The notes under the pieces were generated by a model. The model made no database searches and was not told where the DNA came from. It saw only the letters and a list, made by a program, of their open reading frames with translations. Shown in pieces: positions 54,136 through 64,000 of a DNA stretch of 64,000 bases. Made by a program: the position numbers and the translations under genes. Source of the stretch: Eledone cirrhosa (lineage: Eukaryota); assembly GCA_964016885.1 (NCBI GenBank), contig OZ024745.1, positions 127,782,001 to 127,846,000 of the forward strand, in the 5' to 3' direction. How positions within the stretch are numbered: position 1 is the first letter of the stretch; the number at the start of each line of letters is the position of its first letter.

Positions 54136-54350
54136 TGCGAAGGAGCGTGCCTGAGTGGTTAGAGAATTGGATTCGCAATGATGAGATTGTGAGTTCCCGG
54201 ACCGAGTGATGCGTTATGTCCTTGAGCAAGGCACTTTATTTCACGTTGTTCCTTCTACCTGGAGTTGCGACCCACAGATAGTATTAGCAAGGAGAAAGAC
54301 CAATGGAAACATTATTTCCTCAGTCCGGTTTGATGAAAGTTGATCGGCTG

Positions 54351-54396
<46 letters not shown>

Positions 54397-54609
54397 GTAG
54401 GAGGTGAGTTTTATCTGATGAAAACACAAATATTATTGCATGATGATTTTTGTTTTTGAAATGCGCATAATAAAATATATGGAACACCTTTAACCATCTT
54501 TTGATCTTATATATTATATATATATATATATATATGAAAAACATGGGGAGAAGAATACTGCATGGTTGCACATGGATTACATATTATAAAATTTAGAACA
54601 TCCCAATTT

Positions 54610-54684
54610 ATTCTATTATACGTATTTCGAAGGTGCAAGTTTTATGTATAACATATGCTTATACATGTTTTCTTCAGACAAAAT
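54610..54684 (-). ncRNA. Degenerate minimal hammerhead
   Basis: ATTTTGT-CTGAAGA...GAAA-TACGTA-TA-ATAGAAT; stem II is imperfect. Confidence 0.4.
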
Positions 54685-54753
54685 CCACTGGAACTGTAGA
54701 AATCATTTGATATGCAGGCGGTCAGACGAGCTGTTCAGGTTTGTAGCCAAGAA

Positions 54754-54806
<53 letters not shown>

Positions 54807-55195
54807 GGATATGATCCGAAATCAATAGACGTGTCCGAGGAACCTGCGAGTCTAGAGTCAGATCGATCCACACACAGATCGAACCTCGAGCTGTTCACCG
54901 GGGAAACAATTGTAACAAACAATAAATTGAGTTCTGATGCATCACAGATCTTTCGTTTTCCATAACAAAATATCGTTATAGGTAATCAAGTTAGAGGTTG
55001 TGGATAGTTCTTATTATGGATAGTTTTAGCGTACGGCGTTGTTTGACTCAACAAGAGGTTTACGTATTTAAAATTGAGTGGCACTGCTTCTAGTGTTCAG
55101 CAATTTTTAGACAACTCAATCAGAGAAACAATTGTTAGACTTAAATAAATTCCCCTTTTCTGTACTGTTGACCATGTTATTCTTCACATTTTTTC

Positions 55196-55261
<66 letters not shown>

Positions 55262-55267
55262 TATATA

Positions 55268-55797
55268 TATTATCTGACGTACTCAGCTTCGTCCGGGTAA
55301 ACAATATGAGAACACAGGTAGAAGAGAAAAGGTATGTATTGGACGCGTTGTCTGATTTACAGTATGAGTGGAGACCCTGGGGTGTGTGACAAAAATAAAA
55401 CAGTAAATAATCTTCCAGAAACACCAGATTCTTCATTCTATCGTTCTTGAATAGTATATGAAGATTTCTAGCGGTTCCCACTCGCGAAAAGCCGACATAT
55501 AAGTGTCCAAGGGTAAAACGCGATTCCCGTGTATTCAATCTTACAATTTGAAACTCTGAGCCTGAGCTTCACTTATGGTCATAGTAAAACTGGCTGTAAC
55601 AGGGAACTGAAGTCTTGAGAATTTAAATGGCAGCTTGTTAGAGGAAGGAAAAAGAGGAATCTTGGGAATAAATACATTTTCTCCTTGATGATTGCCTCCT
55701 ATAATGGTTCATCATCCGCCTGATTGTAAAGTGGGTGTCATTGCATAGATTTGGTTGCTCCTCGTACCTTAAAAGAATGATGGGAGTTCCAATCTTT
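55268..55797 (-). mobile_element. Helitron Rep/helicase (Pif1-like) C-terminal fragment and 3' end
   Basis: VFIPKIPLFP..LPFKFSRLQFPVTASFTMTISEAQAQS..FTLGHLYVGFSRVG..KNLVF; subterminal CCCGGACGAAGCTGAG hairpin remnant. Confidence 0.85.
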
Positions 55798-55827
55798 TAT
55801 GTATAGATAATAATATATATATATATA

Positions 55828-55927
<100 letters not shown>

Positions 55928-56026
55928 GAAAGAGAGAGAGAGAGAGAATCACTTATTGTTGATTCCCAAGCAATCAGCTTGGTTAGTATACCCGGTATGT
56001 TGTTCTTCTTTGATTGCATATATGGA

Positions 56027-56062
<36 letters not shown>

Positions 56063-56072
56063 TGTATGTATG

Positions 56073-56137
<65 letters not shown>

Positions 56138-56233
56138 ATACACACACAAATCAATATATATATTTATATATATACATATACACATATATGTATACATATA
56201 TGTATATATGTTTATGTATATATATATATATAC

Positions 56234-56371
<138 letters not shown>

Positions 56372-56394
56372 TTATATTTATAAATATACAGGCG

Positions 56395-56426
<32 letters not shown>

Positions 56427-56658
56427 AAATTCTAGAACGCCGAGGGAGGTGGAAAGAGAGTAGCAACAGATATTTTCAAATAACATCAACTTGAATACTC
56501 TATAGTATATATTACATAAAATTACGTCTCATGTAATACAAAGTCCACTCTTACCTTTAATATGTCTACCATTCTGTTATTGCTTGCGCTTTTCAGATTA
56601 AATGAATTGATCGTAACGACTTTCTCTTTTTTATTCTTGTTAATACACACACACAGAT

Positions 56659-56724
<66 letters not shown>

Positions 56725-56842
56725 GCACTTATATATACACTTATATGTATACGCTTGTATATATTTATATACACACACATATATATATATATACATATAT
56801 ACATGTATATATTTATATGTATATATAAGTATATAAATATAT

Positions 56843-56902
<60 letters not shown>

Positions 56903-57992
56903 AATATTTTTATCATTAAAAATACCAATAATGATTGCAAGCAGCCCCAACAATCAGTGTACCTTAAAAGATCTCTGAGTTTGGTTTTTTTTCATCAGTT
57001 TGTATTTTATATTTCTATTTGTTTCCTTCGTTTGCTTATACCATTTTTCTATTTTATTTGACAGAACACAAGCTGAATATCTGCAGTGGGGTTATTGCGA
57101 GCACTTAGACATTGTAGTTTGAAAAGGTATTTTTTTTTTCCACTTCCCATAAAATATGCGTTGGGCTTTTTTCCCCGCTCTATAGATGATAAATGAATCG
57201 CCGATGATGTATGGAGAATGGTTCCATCGCAAGAATAAATTGAATTTAGTTGCATATCATTTCGAAATGTTGACTATAATTTGGATGTTCCATTCATCAT
57301 CGTCATACATATTACGTCATAAACTTTACATCCTTTACAAAAAAGAACGTAAGAAGATCACAACATTCATTATCTCTATGGAAGCACTAAAACCCGTTAT
57401 AAAACACCCAACACAGATATCTATGCATACAGACAAATAAACTCGTATAAAACACATACAACCTCTGTTATTCTTTTTCAGTTTTACATTAGAGTGGAAT
57501 TTTCTTCTACATTTGATATAACGAGTATAACCATTCACAGTTGACAGCTAATCCACTCTCCTTTGACACCCTAACACCTTTTTTTCAATTTTTACTTTTC
57601 TTATATCATTCAAGAAATACTAAAGTGGATTGCATAACTTTGGGAACTTATTTTCTGTTGAAAAATTCTTATTTCGTAACTGATGGCTTTTTACAAATAA
57701 TTCACTGTCACGTGTATTAATCGAGTATGCTAAAGTGTATATATGGCTGCGAGCACCTGATTTGGGTTCCTAATCAGACATTTAAAATCATGCTTTCCTA
57801 TAAAGTTGCTGACACAGCAATAGGTTTTGTCAATATGGCACTAAACACCTTCTGAGAGTAGATATGAATACCAATAGCGCGCGTGCATACAAACACAAAC
57901 ATACACATACATATATATAAAGATATATGTATATATACATATACATATATACATACACACACACACACACACACATATATATATTCCTTCGT

Positions 57993-58028
<36 letters not shown>

Positions 58029-58226
58029 ACGAAGGAATTGTGGTAAGGAACCAGATGGAACATAACGCACCAAAGTACTCAATACTTAGGGCAGTAGAGT
58101 GGGTAATAGGAACAAGTATGACCCCGACGGCAGAGCTCAAGCCGTTTCGACGGCTATTTCTGGACTCAAATAGTCCAGAAATAGCCATCGAAACGGCTCG
58201 AGCTCTGCCGTCGGGGTCATATTGTT

Positions 58227-58261
<35 letters not shown>

Positions 58262-58470
58262 GGGCATGACTGTATCATCGTCAAATGAATCGATTGATTC
58301 ATAATGGAGTGAATCATCAGCTAATTCCTAATAAAAGTAAACACTACATCGGTTATCGATCACTCCTTTCTTAACTTTCTACCCCACCATACACATAGAC
58401 CTATGTACACACATATATATACATACATATACATATATGGATACATACATACACACATACGTATGTATAA

Positions 58471-58501
<31 letters not shown>

Positions 58502-58574
58502 GATAGAGACGTATATATATATATATATATATATATACGTCTCTATATATACACATATATGTATATACACACAT

Positions 58575-58725
<151 letters not shown>

Positions 58726-59472
58726 ATATATATATAAATATATATTTAATATAGAAATAGCTTCTACAGGACTAGAACTGTTTCAATCTGGAGAAATCAT
58801 CAGGAATCCAACTGTCCAAGTAATATGGTGCTATTTATACCTTTTTTCTGGTGGTAGTAGAAGGTGGTGATTGGTTTGGGTGGAGATCATTGGCTGATGG
58901 ATTTAAAGAAAAGGGAATTATATATAAATATATATATATTAAAAAATAATCGTTTTGGAAGCCTCTACAGTGCTGAGGGGTAAATGCGAGCCCCGGATTC
59001 AGTCTGGGGTAACCACAGTAAGTAAGGTACTCAATGCATTAATAGAGTGTAAACATAATATATCTAATACAAAAATAGCGTAAGAAATCATCAGGACTTT
59101 CCTGGTGATTTCTTTCGAACAAAACACTTCTATTCCTGTAGAAACCATTTCTTTAATCAATATATATATATATATATATATATATAGGTGTGTGTCTGTG
59201 TGTGTGTGTGTGACTGTGTGAGTGTGTGACAGCTCACACCTATGCAGGTCTAGCTGGCCCCCTCCAAGGTATATCTCGTTGGAGGTGTCTTGGGTAATTT
59301 AATGATAGGGACCCCAGTCCTGTCATCTCATTTCTACAGCTGAGTAAACTGGGGCAACTTGAAATAAAGTGTCTTGCTCAAGGAAACAACACATCACCCG
59401 GTCCGAGAATTGAACTCACATCCTTTCGATTGCAAAGCCAATGCTCTAGCCACTAAGCCATGCGCCTTCACC

Positions 59473-59525
<53 letters not shown>

Positions 59526-59688
59526 ACGAAGGAAATGTGGTAAGGAATCAGATGGACCATAACGCACCAAAGTACTCAATATATAGGAACAAGTATGACC
59601 CCGACGGCAGAGCTCAACCTGTTTCGACGGCTATAGCCGTCGAAACAGGTTGAGCTCTGCCGTCGGGGTCATACATTTTCCTATATAT

Positions 59689-59791
<103 letters not shown>

Positions 59792-60069
59792 CACACAAGT
59801 GTTGCCTGTAGACTGATTCACTGATTCATTACTATTGCAATAATCCGTAGAAGTTGAATAATATCCTAAATGTTGAGTAATATCTACAGAGAAAAGAGAA
59901 ATAGGTTACAATAGAGAAGTAAATCTAAAGGATGACATTCTGTTTGTATGTGTTTGTATGAGAATGTTTACACATGTGTTTGTTTGGGTTTTCACAAAAA
60001 ATTCACAAAATATTTAGTTTGTGATGACATTTGTATATAGTTGTAAACATCATATACAGAACGACGGCT

Positions 60070-60460
60070 GACGACTTTAGAAAGTGAAAGAGCCGGAGAA
60101 TGTCATGGATTGACTACCAAAAGGCTTTTGACAATTTTCCCACACATAGATCCCGGAAATAGTAACCATGCGTAAAGGTAACTTCTATAACTTCTATAAG
60201 AAAATATATGACAAATGTCATGAGTAAATGTTGAACAATTTTGCCGATACAAACAAAAGAGAAAGCTTTAAAACCTGAGACAATCTCAGTTAGAAGAGGA
60301 ATTTTACAAACCGACTACCTTGCCTAACTTCTGTTCTGTCTCACACTGACACCTTTACTTGACCTGTTAAATAAGATGGCACTCGGATATAAAATGATAT
60401 AAGACAATCAAATATATTTTGTATGCAGACCATTGCAATTTGTACACTGCGATGAAAATA
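60070..60460 (+). mobile_element. Decayed R4/Dong-clade RT fragment
   Basis: WIDYQKAFDNFPH; VRRGILQTDYLA*LLFCLTLTPLLDLLN..GYK; ILYAD. Confidence 0.7.
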
Positions 60461-61144
60461 TAGCCACAATCACTAAAATAATAGCTTTCTTTGAAATGAT
60501 TTTAAAGCATAAACACAGACAAATAGATACCTAAACATTAGCGATTATAAATATGTACGACATACAGATAACTACTAAACGCAGGACATATATTACGAAG
60601 AGTATATTCAATACAATAGAAAACCCATCAATAACTCTATATCTCTGCATGTAGCCATGACGCACAGGTCTACGCGCGGTACTGCAGTGACAGTGGTAGT
60701 ACAGAAAAACGTAAGATTACTGGAAAAAAAAAAATTTCGAACTCTATTCTTCTTTTGTTCACAGAAATCTGAGAGCAAGTGAGAATTTTGTAAAGAGACA
60801 ACAACACCATATGTAAACTCTTTTCTGAACAATATGACGTGCTAAAAATCAAATCAAAAATTCAATGAAAAGGCTTTGTGAAAATTGGGCGTTTCCATTT
60901 CTTTACTTCTCCCTATCTCACTCCCTCTTTTTTCTTTCTCCCTCTTCCTTTCCCGCTCCCTCACAAATTCCCAACCCCCTCTCCACTTCTTTGTGTTTAG
61001 AGTAATGTGAAAAAAACCCCCTACCAACATTTTTTTCTCTTTTTTGTCCGATATAGGTTTGGTACTATCTATGTATTTATCTATCTATCTATCTAACTAT
61101 CTATCTATCTTGTGGCAAATAAAGAAATATATCTATCTATCTGT

Positions 61145-61600
61145 CTGGTGGCTATGGCGAAGGAGGTAATATGGTGGACCTTTTTCTCCGGACAACAACT
61201 TATCCCCTTCTTTAAGGACCACTTCAGAAGGAAGGTGAGAGTGGAGAGAGAGGTGCTATACCCCAGTAAAATCGCTGAAAGGTGGGTGAATGTGGCGAAA
61301 ATGGCCCGAGTGAATGGGCCTTCTCTGTATATAAACCTGTAGGTTGAGGAAGATAAACAGAGGGAAGACGGAACACCTACAAAACGTGTTCCTGATGTCG
61401 AGGGTTGTTCTATCCACGGGGTGTAAAACAACCCTGTAGTTACGTTCCCCCCTATTGGGGATTTCAATTGTTATTTTATTATATATAGTTTATTGTTCTT
61501 TATTAATGTTAAAGTCATATGATTTTTATGTAAAACCCCCGCCGTCACGTCTTGTAATGCCCCATTTTTGTACGCCCTTGTGGCAAATAAATAAAGATAT
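61145..61600 (+). mobile_element. 5'-truncated Tx1-clade LINE (ORF2 tail plus 3'UTR)
   Basis: LVAMAKEVIWWT..FFKDHFRRKVRVERE..RWVNVA; ends CCCTTGTGGCAAATAAATAAAGAT followed by (TCTA)n. Confidence 0.7.
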
Positions 61601-61639
61601 CTATCTACCTGTCTATCTATCTATCTATCTATCTATATT

Positions 61640-62180
61640 TAAAAGGAAAAAAAGAAAACATGTGCAAAACACACAGGGACAAACAACCCCCACCCAAATC
61701 TCAACACAATCCAACAAAACAGGAAACACCCCTCCAGCAACAAACAAAACCAAACCTGCCCCTCCCCTCTTCGAAACACTCACACCATCCGAAAAAAAGA
61801 CATTACACTATACTTACATCAACAGAAACAATAATAAATTAAATGAACTCATATACAATAATCCTTCGGTACAAACCGAAGGTGTAAACTTTGTTTCGTC
61901 AGAAAACTACCCACATTTAAAATTAATAAAGATCCCAATGAACCTCTACCAAAAACTAAAAAAAGGATTTTAAGGAGGACGTAGGACCACCCTCTGTCAA
62001 ACCCATAAACCGCGTCCTACTAAAAAGCTTCCCCCCTCCCCTTCCCCTCCCCAACACAACTCCAAACACCCCAACCCCACCACACACTGACGACCCCACA
62101 CCACCACAAGACACCCCTTCACCCAACACCCCCGACCCCATGGAAGTCGTGCAACCCGAACCCCGGGAAGCGGAAAGGTA
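61640..62180 (+). mobile_element. Probable 3' part of Tx1 ORF1 (Pro/Thr/Lys-rich)
   Basis: A/C-rich coding-like stretch ending ..EPREAER* just before ORF2. No motif recognised. Confidence 0.4.
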
Positions 62181-62220
62181 GGTCTCTACACTCTCCTTTG
62201 GCTCTGCCGCCCACATCGAT

Positions 62221-64000
62221 GTGTTAAGAGTAGGATGTTTGAATGCACGTGGCCTGGGCTCAACTTGGAAGCAAGCAAAGCTTCTAAATGACCTTAGGTC
62301 ATGTAGTATAAATGTAATGGTTATCTGTGAGACTCGAATCAGCGTCGTGCGGCAGCTGGCCCCCACCTTCGATGACTATGAGGTGCATGCATCTCTCTGT
62401 CAACCTGGAGGTGGGGGTGGGGTTGTCGTACTGCTGCAAAAACACCTGGGTCTTGCCGTACAGGTTGTGCACTCGGACCCGGAGGGTCGTTTGTTGGTGC
62501 TAGACGTTGGCAGTAGTGAAAGTGCGGCCTTGAGACTGGTCGCCGTCTACTCCCCTTTCGGAGCTGAACGGCCCGACTTCTTCCAGCGTTTGGAGACTTT
62601 TCTGGGAACGTCGCGTTCCCTGCTTCTAGCGGGGGATTGGAATGACATCCTGGATGCACGTTGGGACTATGCAGGAGCATGTCCTAATAGAGGGGGGTGT
62701 AACAGCCTCAAGGGGTTACTCGACCGTTTTAACTTGGTCGATAGATATCGACTAGATTTTCCAACTGTGCCTACCTGGACTTGGAGAAACCACAGTGGTC
62801 AATCTAGATCGTACTTAGATAGATTCTTAGTTAGAAGTAAGGATAGGGACATATTAAGCTGTCCAGAAATGCGCACGGTTGGCTACACGGATCACAAATT
62901 AGTGACCTGCGTGGTCAATCTCGAGAAAACACATAGACACGGTCCCGGTTACTGGAAACTTAATTTGTCTTTACCGGCAAAAGAGACTTACAGAAACCGG
63001 ATTAGCAGATTAGTTAAGGAGAGGTTGACGGGTGCAATCGTCAACAACCGATGGTGGGCATCTCTCAAAAGAGAGATTAGAACAGAATCAATAAGTTATA
63101 GCAAGATGTTAGCTGCCGATAGGAATAGAAACGAGAAAGAATTAACAGGTAAATTAGAAGAGGCAATCAAGAGCGAAGATGTGGCCAGAGTGCTGGCATC
63201 GAGGACGGCCTTGAACCAGTTTTTTCGATGCAAAGCACGAAGGCTGCGTCATTCGAAGTAAAATACGTGCTCTAGGTAATGAGGGGGCCAAAGCCGTTGG
63301 ATGGGCCCGCGTGACAGAAGCTAAGAGTGGAAATCGATCCACCATCCGGTCGTTGCAAGACGAAGATGGACAGGTGATCCGGGAGCCTAAGCAGATGTGC
63401 GAGGCCTTTCAAAGGCACTTTGCCCGATTGTTCGGGGGAGGCGAGGGTCCGGGCGGGGGCGTGGATTTCGGTCCATACCTCGACGGCCTGCCGCGTCTCT
63501 CGAGCGAAGAGGCAGAGTACTGCGAGGGACCAATCTCGGCTGATGAGATCGGAGATGCGCTGAGCCAATGCAGCAGACGCAAATCTCTAGGTCTCGATGG
63601 TATACCTTACGAACTTTATTTAGCAATGCCGGTCTTCTTCTCCGAACTCCTCGAAGCGGTCTACTGCAATTGGCAGCAGAACGGGAGAATTCCGTGTTCT
63701 GTAGCCAAGGGCGTAGTCACGCTGGTGAGGAAGGACGAGAACAAGGGGGATAGTATAAATAATTTTCGGCCCATAACCCTGCTAAACACAGAGTTAAAGA
63801 TTTTGGCAAGGTGTTAGCAAAGAGATTGGCGCTTGTCGTGGGTGGCCTGGTGGGAGATGCGCAGACATGTGCTATCCCATCCAGGTCCATTCACGATAAC
63901 CTCCACCTCATGCGATACATCATAGAGAGGGTTGGCAACAAACCCGGCTTCGGTGGGGCCCTGATCAACTTGGATCAGTCTAAGGCCTTCGATAGGGTCG
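62221..64000 (+). mobile_element. Tx1/L1-clade LINE ORF2 (APE endonuclease plus RT N-terminus), two frameshifts, runs off the window
   Basis: LNARGL, CETR, GDWN, WTW, SYLDRFL, TDHK, GYWKLN, GLDGIPYELY, FRPITLLNTELKILA and LDQSKAFDRV; frameshifts at ~63222 and ~63810. Confidence 0.95.

Noticed and set aside
58770-58815. CTGATGA..GAAAC..GTC on the minus strand
   Set aside because: No stem I pairing and weak stems II/III, so not called a hammerhead.

Overview
AT-rich, microsatellite-saturated eukaryotic DNA. The repeat landscape suggests a cephalopod (octopus-like) genome; this is inference. No complete host gene is recognisable. Almost all ORFs in the supplied track are artefacts of (TA)n/(CA)n/trinucleotide repeats, and only a few candidate plus-strand exons remain. 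The window holds >25 copies of a tRNA-derived SINE, a second CORE-like SINE, fragments of R4/Dong, CRE, RTE, Penelope and Helitron elements, hAT MITEs, a U6 pseudogene, a ~61-bp minisatellite and, at the right end, stacked Tx1-clade LINEs in a (TCTA)n tract. The most notable signal is about a dozen type I hammerhead ribozyme (HHR) motifs from several unrelated short repeat families. Two of them sit in terminally redundant 313-nt and ~335-nt units, which is the architecture of non-LTR retrozymes (circRNA-forming). Two families carry ATTTGCAT octamers just upstream of the ribozyme. All ribozyme folds were made by eye and have not been tested.
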